This document shows, piece after piece, positions 26,742 to 37,562 of a stretch of DNA of 64,000 nt. Under the pieces are notes generated by a model that searched no databases, was not told the DNA's origin, and saw only the letters and a list, made by a program, of their open reading frames with translations. Source of the DNA: Lingula anatina (lineage: Eukaryota; Animalia; Brachiopoda); NCBI GenBank assembly GCA_051362555.1, contig CM120648.1, positions 8,738,587-8,802,586 of the forward strand, in the 5' to 3' direction. The position numbers and the translations under genes are program-made. Within the stretch, counting starts at the first letter, position 1. The number at the start of each line of letters is the position of its first letter.

Positions 26742-28746
26742 AACAAGGCAGCAAAGCTGTCAAATGTACAGACAAAAAGCAAGAAATAACAAAACAGGCT
26801 ACTGTCAATTCTGATGCAAAAGTACATTATGCTTAACTGCAAATTCAACATCAAATTTTAATTATGCTCAACAGGTAATACCAATGTAAGTGAAATGTGT
26901 AACAAGCGTAAGGCTTCAGGCCCATGGGAGTTTAAGTTCACACTTTGAAAATGCCAGAATGAGAAAAATGAAAATTTCACATAAAACTGCTTAAATTCAA
27001 TAATAAATGATAACCCATTTGAGCTGGCTTCCTTATTTGAACTGCATGCCAATCCTACAAATCATACTTGTAAGTTGAAAATAATAATAAGTAACACAGT
27101 TTTCTTTTCATAATGTTTGCAGTAGCAGTGCAAAAAGATTTTTGTCAATTTTGATGTAACATTACATAATAAATTACAGAATAATTATCACCAATTTTTG
27201 ATTATTGACTAGCATGGACATGTAGAAAATTTGATTACCATTTGGCTTCATGTCCATGGGAGCAGCACCCAAAATTGTGTTTTCTTCTATTTAATGCAAT
27301 ATTACATAATGCTTAACAGAATAATGACCATCAGTTTTTAATAATAAAAGATCCGAATCATGGATTTTCAGAAATGTGACCAGCATGGGTCTTCAAGCCG
27401 GTGGAGATTCTTAAGTCACACCTTGAAAATGCCAATATGTGAAAAATTAAATTTTCACAAAAAACTGATTAACTGCCAAAAAAATTTACCAAATAGACTG
27501 CATTGCCCACTGAAGCTTTATTTAAGTCCCATGTTTCTTCCTGTAAGTTTGAGAACAGTAAGTGACATGGTTTTCCTTAAATGGTCATCATGGGAGCAGT
27601 GTCCAAAATAGGGGTGTCTTCAAATTTTGATGCAATATTACATAATGTTTAACAGGATAATTACCATCAATTTTTAATAATAAAATATTAGTATCATGGA
27701 TATTCAGAAAATGTTCCTAGCAAAGGTCTTCAGGTCCAAGGAACTTCAAAGTCACACCTTGAAAATGCTAAAATGTAGACAAGACAGCACTGTCCTGAAA
27801 TGTTTTTTTTTTCCATTTTTAACAATTTTTTAACATATAACAAAATTAACAATTTACTGCCATTTATATATGATCAACAAAGAAAATTGATGAGATGGGA
27901 AAAATATCAATAGAACAGTGTTTAATGTCCAATTTCCTCCATTCTGAGTTTCTGAACATAGTGAATGAATGAATCTGACAAACTGCAATGATATGAGTTT
28001 ATTTCCATTTTTGAAACTCTATTATACAATACATGATAACAAGTTTACCATCATTTTTACATAATCAACTAACAATGTTGTAAAGATGCAGGAAATGTCA
28101 AACAAACACTTTTACTAGTCTTATTAGTTAAATAATGAGACTGTTAACATGCCTAAGAATTGAATCTGAGGAAATGTGAAAAAACAGCATAACTTATAAA
28201 ATAATGGCCCGATTATGCTGATTTTCGAACTTGACCTGCGTTTTAGTAAGATTGATTACTCCTGTGAGTTTCATGACAACAGGTCTATCGGTTTTCCTTG
28301 AAATGTGTTAACAGTGTTGCACATATGCTGAAAAGTGAAAAAACAGCATAACTACTAAAATAGTGGCCCGATCATGCCGATTTTCGAACTTGATCTGCAT
28401 TTTAGTAAGATTGATAACTCCTGTGAGTTTCATGACAACAGGCCTATCGGTTTTCCTTGAAATGTGTTAACAGTGTTGCATATATGCTAAAAAGTGAAAA
28501 AACAGGATAAATTCTACAATAATGGCCCGATCATGCTGATTTTCGAACTTGACCTGCATTTTATGAATATTAGTCAGCTCTGTAAATATAAAGCCAAAAA
28601 GTAAAACTGTCTTCCACTTATGGTGTTAACGCTGAAAGTGCACGGCGACGGCGACGGCGACATGATCGGCGACGGCGACGGCGACGGCGACGACAGACGC
28701 AGGTGATGGCAATATGTACAGACACATCTGTGTCTGTACATAAAAA
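26742..28746 (-). mobile_element. Helentron/HINE-like element, family A, full-length inverted copy in the alkaline phosphatase 3' region
   Basis: Reverse complement of 16478-18545: palindrome at 28714-28741, (GGCGAC)n, 159-bp units at 28200-28560, and the tail AACAAGGCAGCAAAGCTGTCAAATGTACAGACA at about 26742-26774. Confidence 0.85.
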
Positions 28747-28842
28747 GAAAATGGTCCTCAAAAAAGTAGAATGCTTCAATTCTGCTATAATTCTTTGAAA
28801 AACTATAACTGTGTCAGGAAATGATGCCTAAAGATGTATCCG

Positions 28843-31058
28843 CTAAAGAATGACTGCTACCATCACAGCGACTGCCATTTTCGTCACAACCAATGCCTTT
28901 GTCACAGAAAACTCTAAAGAAGATCCACCGGAAGTGGTAGGGGTTGGTGGCGCCATCTTGCAGTGGTCTTTGTTGGGCCCCACGCACGCCGCGTACGCCA
29001 TGACGTGTGCGATGTAACTCTGCTCGTATACAAAATCGAAGAGGTGAGACATGGGGCCTTGCGCGTAAACCGGAACCTCCTCTCCTCCGTGAGTTTCTGA
29101 GGCTGTCAAAACTGCGCTTTGGTACACGTAATTCCATGATGCTGAAAAATGTTCAATTTCTGTCATCAGTTTGTTTCTTTTACTTTCTCTCTTTATAATT
29201 TTGGATAATAAAATTATCGAATAACGAATCAAATCAAAGTAAAAATGGTCAATTGCAAAATATACTTGTTTGTATTACGTGCTTGATAGATAGAATCTAA
29301 GATAGATTTAATAAATAAATACAAACCTCTTATGAGATCATTCACTACATTTTGTACACCACCCCATCACCTTCCATATACAAGATTAACCCTACATTTT
29401 AACCGTTAATATTGGGTGATTAATAATTATTCTTACGTTAACCCCTGTACTTACATGTATTGACGGTGGTCGGGTCCTCACGTGGTGCCGTGTACCCAGG
29501 GCCGTTCCCGTACGATAGCACCGTGTAGGGAACGCCGTTCTTGTCGCTCTCTGCATCATTAACACCTGGAAATGTTGGTGACATTGCTTTCACTGACAGA
29601 TTATATGGAGACTGTATACAACTTTTTTTGAAAGGAAAAAAACACAGAAAAAGAAAGAAAGAAAGAAACAATCCTGAAGATCTCAATTGTTTAAGTACTT
29701 AGTCTGTTCTATTCGAAACTTTTTGTCGTTCGGTTGCTAAACTCTATGGCACAGGTATTGTATTGTTAAAGATTTGATATGCAACGCCCCCCCCCCACCA
29801 CCAAAAAAAAAAAAAATTAAATAAATAAAAAGAATGATGATAGAGAGTAGAAAAATGGCCTGAAGCTGAGCGGTAAATGTTGCGCAGAAATTGACCCCCG
29901 CGGATGATTCTACCAATTAACCTTATTGGATACGACACGAAAAGAACAATGCCCTTTCATCAAGTCGCGCATTTCTGACAATATGTAAATTACCCAAAAT
30001 CGGGATACCCCGTCCGGCATATCCACCGATGTTGAAGACGTGGGAATGGTCTGCAGTGACCACAGTCAACGTGTCATTTGCGCTCGTGAGTTCCGCCGCC
30101 TTTTTTACCGCCGCCTCCATGGCGATGGTGTCTGTGACCGCATGGCGAGCTAACGACGCATGGTGGCCGTGGTCTATTCTTCCACCTAGACGAGAATTTA
30201 AAAAGTTCAACTGAAGAAGGCCTGCTGAGGTCAAAATGTTGTGACTGCCGTTCCGAAACATAAGATCCAGTATGGGAGTATATTTCATTTCAATGTCAAA
30301 GTAAAATAAATAGCATAGCCTACAGTGCAATGTGGTATCTATACAACATTTTTTATATACTCATTTTAAGCAAAACTCCGCCTTAAATTACACACAATGG
30401 ACAATAGAAGTGTCACCCCTACTGAGCCAATACTTTGGGGGAGATAAATGACTGTGGAATGATATGCTCCTGGTATCATTTTATTAACATCAAATTCCAA
30501 AAAATAAAAAAATGTAGACCAGGCATTATAACTACTCAAGATCTGCCTACTTTGATTATTGATTACTTAATTATTATTTGATTACTCTGATTCATTGGGT
30601 GACACTTCTATTGTCCATTGTGTGTACGCAACGAAGGGACTATTATGATCCCACGTCGAATGTTGAGTATAAAAAAGATGTATCCATTCCAAAACGCACT
30701 AAAATGTATTAAGAGTCCGCAGGGGTACTCCACAGAATTCAAAATTTAATTGTAAATATAAGCCTTGTTTCTCACCCTCGACAAGGAGAACAAATCCCTT
30801 GGCATTTTTCTTCAGTATTTTGATGGCTTTTTCGGTCATTTCTGCCAAGGACGGCTCCATGTCATGGTTCCTTTCACCTTCATACTGCATGTGACTCGGC
30901 TCAAATAGGCCTAGAAAGGGGGAAAGAAAAGTAGATTTTCAACATTACAATCGTGTGTGACGTGTGTTGGAATACCGCATGGTGGTCGACTGTGAGGTTA
31001 AATTTACTTTCACTCTGTACTGAAATTTAAGAGTGGTGCAAGGGCAGTGCGTGCCTGC

Positions 31059-31097
<39 letters not shown>

Positions 31098-34000
31098 GAA
31101 GGGAGGAAGAGAGAGAGAAAGAGAGAGAGAGAAATAAAGAGAGAGAGAGAAAGAGAGAGAAAGAGAGAGATGAGATACCTATTAAGAAGTCGACATCTGC
31201 GGGCTCTACGCTGTTGAACCCAGTGCTGTTCCAGACATATTCGGCTCTCATATTCATGTCAGCCTTAGCTTGGAGCCATTGCTGAAGAAAACACACGTAT
31301 ATTTTATCAACGTTGTGCATTTATTGTAAAAGGGTTACTTTGAAAGTGGCCACCAGCTGTCCCTACTGTACTTTTTAGTATTTCGCCGGCAAGAACGGGG
31401 GCGAAGGGGGTGTCCTCCGAAATGAATGTTATATAGACACACCTGAGTAACGTGACAGAGAGTCCCCCATGATAGAGTCCGCTTCCCATGCATTTGTACA
31501 GATAAGCCTGGCCCTAGATTTTGACCCACTTAGGTCAGGCTAACCCTAACCATTATAACTAAATGGAGGGCGGACTTTCTTTTACACTGACCCCCAGTTT
31601 CGTTTCAGCGGTCCGAAGGGAACGGATGTCCACCTAGTAAGTGGTTATATAGGCACACCGGAACCTTTCACCTGTGAGACTAGATTGCTCTTGTTTTTTC
31701 ATTTACGACAGCAAGCAATGTTAATGGGTTCCAGAATTTAGTATAGCGCCCTTCTACCGCGATTTCACGTTTTACAACTGCTCTTCATTTTTACAATTCT
31801 CGACTTATTCTGTTTAATCAAATAGATAGATATCTGCCTCTTTGGTTTAATAATATAAAAGGGAACAAATTTTTCACAATACTCACATTGATCAGATTTC
31901 TGTCCGTTCTCTTTCCTTTCACATTTGGGTATTCTGGATCGCTTTCATTTCTGTGATAAAACTGCCGTCTTCCTCCTCCTAAAATAACCTGAAACAAAGT
32001 TCACTTCAAACGTATAACAGAGACCTTCGTATCTCTTCCGTTCATCTTTCGTAATTGAAATTGAAATCTGGAATAATATCTGTCAATTCTCCACGAGAAA
32101 ATACACTATTGGACAAAGGCCCGATTCACAGATTCTGTCCGCACATACAATAATACATGCATATGCATTACTATGTACAATAGCAGCTAATAAATTTATA
32201 TAAACAATGAGATGCCTAATAAGATTGTATGTAAGCATACTGTACTCAGTTTACGTACATACATACATACTATAAAGGAAGATTATATTTTGAAAATGAT
32301 GAAAAAATTGTTAGGTTGGTAAATAAATACAATTGCAAGAGGATGAAACATCAAAGAACCACCAAACGCCACATTTTATTCTCTAAGCTCAAATGATTTT
32401 GTTAAAATGTAGCAATTTTAACGCATCCCTGTCGGTAGTACGTAGGTTTCATATTGCATCTCTTTAGCAATTGTAGGGAATCATTTTAGTGAAGGTAGAC
32501 GGGAGTCTCTCTCCATTATGCAGGCGTGGTATTGCATCACAAATGAGCTTAGTCCTAAACATAATTTTGTTGACAAGATCAACATGATTTGTTTGTTCTT
32601 TTGGACGTCGGTCAAGTATAATATGAGGCTGGGTTGTTTGCATTTAGACCAAGTTTTGCCGATGCACAGTGGTTATTAATGGCGGTCACTGCGTCTGTGT
32701 TCTAGTAACTTCTACTGGGAGTTAAGAGAACGGTAAAAGTTCAATTAACGAATTTAAGGAAAAACTTAATTTACACTCATATCCCGTCATTGGGAATTTT
32801 GGGTGAAGACGGTTTTTTGTTTGTTTGTTTGTTTGTTTGTTTTTGTTTATTTAAAAAAATTATCAATTTTTCTTTTGATTGAATTAACTATATTGTCTCT
32901 CTCTTTACTTAATTCCAGTTTATTGGGTTTAATTTATTTATATCCTTTCTCAGAGCTGGTTGCGGTGTCCATATTTAGGATAGGGCTATATAATCCTCCG
33001 TTATTGCATTCAGATACGATAACCATGCCAAGTTGTGAGTGCTGTGTAACACTTTTCAAAACATCATAAAACCTTCCTTGTTTAAACTGAGCCTCCAACT
33101 TACCTTGATAAAACTTCCATCTCCTTCGATCATTTGTTTTGCTATGTCGGTGCACGTGCCGCGCGCGTCAGCAGGAAGATCTGCGTCTGCTTCCCAGTAT
33201 CTGCTAGCAGAATGGGCGAACCCCGAAGCGGGGGTGGCGTGCGTTATGCGAGTCGTGGTGATGATACCGGTGGACTTGCCTGTAAAAATATTCTATTTAT
33301 TTTTTTTAACAAACATATGCACTTTTTAATAAATAAGTGTTTAATAAGTGTTTCATAAGCAAAAAAAAAACTAAAATTTACTAAAATTAAGAAAAGTCAG
33401 GAGCACAAGCGAAGTCGGCTGTCAGTATAAATCTGCCACTAGAAGCACATGTTCCAGACATAAACCTAAGGGCGCATTCCCAATGACAATATCGTTCTAC
33501 TTAGTTCGATCCCAATCAACAGGTACTCCAGCTGAATGCTATCAGATTAATAGATTAACAGGCTTCCTATTGTTACCAACGCACTCGTATAACGACCGGC
33601 TTTTCTGAATTGCACTCAAAGGCAAGAGGAGGGATGTTTAAACAGATTAAAATCTGTTAAGCTGATTGCATTCAACGAGAGTCCCCGCAGAGTTGGATGA
33701 ATCTACGTAGAACGATAGTTTCATTGAGAATGATCAATAAACATCACCTTCAGCGTTTGCCCATTTCAGTATGGAATCTACCGAGGCGCCCTCTTCTGAG
33801 GTGCAGTTACCAAACGAGGTGCGGTCGTCCACACCAATCAGCCCAAATTTGGTCTTGACGCCACACAAGATGGCCGTGGCTGTTCCTGCAGAATCGCTGA
33901 CCATCCGGTCCGTGTTATACGTCTAGAAATAACGATTCCATGTTATGTATGCATGCAACAGCTGTTTAACATTTATAGTTTTTGACTCTACATGTAGGGC

Positions 34001-37000
34001 CTACTAATACATTTTCATAGTTGGAGTTGATTACCCCATGATGACTTTCAATTTGTTTGAGAACAATTACGTTTGAGTACATACAAGAAAAAGAGAAAAT
34101 TTATTTGTGGGAACCCTTTCATCCGACGTCACGTGAGAAAGGAAAACGAGCGAGAATCCGCGTGAGGTGGGGCTACTCTATGCGCCGGGAAGGTCGTCTT
34201 GGGAAGAAATACCCGAAAAACATAGTGATTTCCTACAAGAGACTGAGATTTGACAGAGCTTAAGATGAAATAACCATAAAAACTTAAACTGACTGCCCTT
34301 CGCGAGAGTCCTGCAGAGTTGGATCGGTCTATGGGAATGGGGCCTTAGGAACCATTCAGAATAGGAGACTAATTAGTCCGAGGGTCAAATTTGGCGACCC
34401 ATTACAAAGCTTGCCGTCTAATCCGCTGATAGACACTGAAGAAATATCCATCGATATCTTTTCAAGTGGGTTGGCCATATTTGACCTTCGGACTACATGT
34501 AGTCAGTCCCGTATTCTGAATGAGGCCTATGTCACCTACATACCTTAGACAACCCGACATACGGGAAATTCTCGAAAAACAGACTCCCCTCTTCCCCTGT
34601 TTTGCCTTGTAACTGTCCCTTGTGGATCCGAGCTGCTGTCACTGTTGACACTCCCAGCCCGTCTCCTATAAATATGATGACGTTCTTGGCGACGTTAGTG
34701 TTCGGTTTGGTGTTCAGTTTCTCTCTGAGTTTTCTCTGGCCGAGATCCATCCAGTAGTCCTTGAGTTGCTGAGGCCCTGTGTATGACATGAAAGTAGTGA
34801 GATTAAGAGAAATAGATATGTAGAATGTATTTTAATTTGTAGAATGTGTAAATAAGGTAGGGGCCTATTTTTAAAAGATGCTTAAAACATGCAGTTATCG
34901 CACATAAGCTAGGTGTTTATGGCGACATTTGTGTTTGGTTTGATTTTCCAATTACACTTCACCGTCTTCTCGACCAGCTTCACAAAACAATTAAACGTTA
35001 TTTATCAGTTCATCTGATTGCACTCAGCGAGAGTCCCCGCGAAGTTGGATCGATCTACGTAGAACGATAATGTCATTGGGAATGAGCCCTAGGTTCAAAC
35101 CATCCCCCGGGGCAAAGAGTTTGTGTTGGAAAAATGATTATTTCTTTTCACAGCGGCGTGTATATCTGTCTTAGTTATGCAAGGTAGGGCATCATCCATA
35201 CTTCTTGACATACTTGAATGAGAGCCGGGAAAAGGGTGATTTATGAAAAGTATACGGTTAAACCAGTGTATGACTATATGTTAGACTCCATTCCCATTAA
35301 GACACAATCTATTTTAATCTTTGAATCTGTAATTCTCGTGCCCCAGGACCCATTTTCATAGACACAATCGGTCTACGTAGATCGACCCAACTCTGCCGGG
35401 ACTCTTACTGAGTGCACTTAGCTCAATAAAGTAAAGCTAGTAATCATAGGAGTACGTTAGAAACAAGAGGAAGCGTATCATTCAGTTTAGCCGGATGCAC
35501 TCAGCGAGAGTCCCCACAGAGTTGGATCGATCTAGGTAGACCGATTGTGTCTATGAGGATGGGTCCTGGGGCACAAGAATTACAGATTCAAAGATAGGAA
35601 TAGCGCTGTCATGTATTATCATAATAATACCTCAACGTCATGTCTCTGTATATAAGTTTATGTAATAAATGATCATATGCCTGCTCGTGTATGAATAATG
35701 CCCGTTGGGACGAATGGTGTCTATGGGAATGGGGTCTTAGTGAACCTAAGGATTGCGAGTTCATGTTTTTTTGCATATCATGCGTGAAAAGAAAGTTTCA
35801 TATTACACGCCGTTATACAAAGTATGCGTATACTAATACCACTCCTCGGCCTTACCTGAATACCAGTATAAGATGCGTATAAATAAAAAGAGTAATTTAT
35901 GCAATTTTTACTTGATGACGACTGTAAAGTAACTCGTTTATTTGGAGGGGATGGTCACACACTTTGTCTTGGTTAAACTTTTGGATAGATAACTACGTTT
36001 TGAATATTTGAATAAATGAAATCCGATAAGTTTTGTCTGATAAAAAAAAAGGCATGGCGAATGCCAAAGTCCGAAGATAGATCTGCCTAAGTTATTACAA
36101 CCCAAACTAGTCTGACTTCGATATGCTCTTAACCATTGAACTTAACGTATCTCAACTTGTCGTGATTACAATGGCGAGGGGGGATAACAGGGTGATTAGA
36201 ATGGCCCCTGTTATGAGCTAGTCGTATTTGACAGCTGCTCACATGAGTCTCTCTAAGTTAGATCGCCCCTTCTACATTGGACACTGGCTTCTAATGATAG
36301 CATGTTTTCTCTTGTTTTCGTAACGTTGCGTGAGTAAGCCCATTTCAAACTTGGGTGCAGTTTGCCCTCCCAGCGTCGGCTGATGATAAGTTAAATGTGC
36401 CATCTAGATAAACATAGGGAATACGGAACTAATTTGTTCAAGTGTGCTTTCCTAAAACACAAGTCAAGCTGATTGCAATAATCCCAAAATCCTGGTTACG
36501 AGGTCGATTGAATGCAGCTTGCATCGTGATTGAAATACAAGTCGGCGAGCTACAAACACTGTATATTTACTTATGACTTACACTATTTACTCGAAAATTG
36601 TAAATATAACTCCCGTACCACATAATTCATTGATAAACGGAAGTACCACTCGGAGCTTCAGGGTTTGCTTAAACTCCAATCCCTCAACAGCTGCATAACC
36701 ATGCCAACTGGTGGCTTGATAAGGACAGCGTATGCTGTAGGCAAAACTAAGGGGGGGGGGCGAAGCAGGGTCTGAGAGGGGGTTCCAAAGAACCTCGATC
36801 CTTTTGGTCTGAAAAGGCCAACATTGGACACAGAAGCCAAAGATTGCCATTAAATGAATGAATGTCTTTGGAAAATTCTGGGACTTATCGAACTAAGTGA
36901 GTGTGTTGGTTCACAGGATAAACCATTAAATCTTAACCTCTTATTCCACAATCTGTATTTCTGTTTATAACTGGTGGTAAATGTTGGCTGTACCTGTACC

Positions 37001-37562
37001 CTCTACCAGAGCCGCAGATTAACCATCAGCCCCGAATTATGTGGGATTTTCCTCAGCAGAAAAACTTGTCACGAAGCAGCCAGTGACATTTATATATGTG
37101 AATATGTAGTGAAAAACCATTGTGACCCTAGGCCTGGTAAAGTATATAGGCAACCTGAGAGGGCAAAGGCCCGAAGAAATCTTTGTACTTTTCATATGTG
37201 CCTAGAAGCCATTAACCGTAGAATGTTGGGATTATTCCATTATAATTTGTCCAAACATTTGTTCAGAAATACTCGCCACTGGAGACGGTTCCTAAGGCCA
37301 AACTGATTTTCCAAAATGTCCTCAGTAAAAGTAAAATGCCAAGTCCAAGGTATGGTTTAAATGTTGCTTAACAGCTTTATAGGGCAACCCGGTTTTATTT
37401 TTGGGACGAAACACCCAAGCAACCTTAGCAGTGCACGACCTATCCCTTAAAACGCACGTTCATAACAGAGTTTACACTTTGAAAGTCGGGTTTATACTTA
37501 CGTTGTAAATCCACCGTAACAAAGACACATGCCAGTACAAGAACCCAGAACGCCTGCCTCAT
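28843..37562 (-). CDS. ALPL: Alkaline phosphatase (tissue-nonspecific-like), probably GPI-anchored
   Basis: Exons 37502-37562 (signal peptide [20 protein letters not shown]), 34544-34776, 33748-33922, 33104-33279, 31887-31988, 31179-31281, 30776-30910, 29994-30185, 29455-29565, 28843-29141. Intact motifs: [19 protein letters not shown] (catalytic Ser), [29 protein letters not shown]. Hydrophobic C-terminus after a Ser/Gly spacer. The symbol is a family-level assignment. Confidence 0.95.
30391..30624. mobile_element. Tc1/mariner-type MITE
   Basis: Perfect 28-bp TIR CACACAATGGACAATAGAAGTGTCACCC / GGGTGACACTTCTATTGTCCATTGTGTG, flanked by TA on both sides. Confidence 0.75.
33470..33735. mobile_element. 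PIF/Harbinger-like MITE
   Basis: TAA|GGGCGCATTCCCAATGACAATATCGTTCTAC ... GTAGAACGATAGTTTCATTGAGAATG inverted ends. Shares the core GCGAGAGTCC..CAGAGTTGGATCG with copies at about 34300, 35015-35090 and 35342-35570. Confidence 0.6.
34353..34522. mobile_element. Palindromic MITE next to the donor of phosphatase exon 2
   Basis: Arms CATTCAGAATA..GACTA..TAGTCCGAGGGTCAAAT and ATTTGACCTTCGGACTA..TAGTC..TATTCTGAATG. Confidence 0.6.
35309..35603. mobile_element. Nested fold-back MITE
   Basis: Outer arms ATCTTTGAATCTGTAATTCTCGTGCCCC / GGGGCACAAGAATTACAGATTCAAAGAT run into inner arms AGGACCCAT..CATAGACACAATCGGTCTAC / GTAGACCGATTGTGTCTATG..ATGGGTCCT. Confidence 0.7.

Noticed and set aside
30393-30622. 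CACAATG ends suggesting a Transib/RSS-like element
   Set aside because: No 5-bp TSD; the inverted repeat extends outward to TA dinucleotides, which fits Tc1/mariner MITEs.
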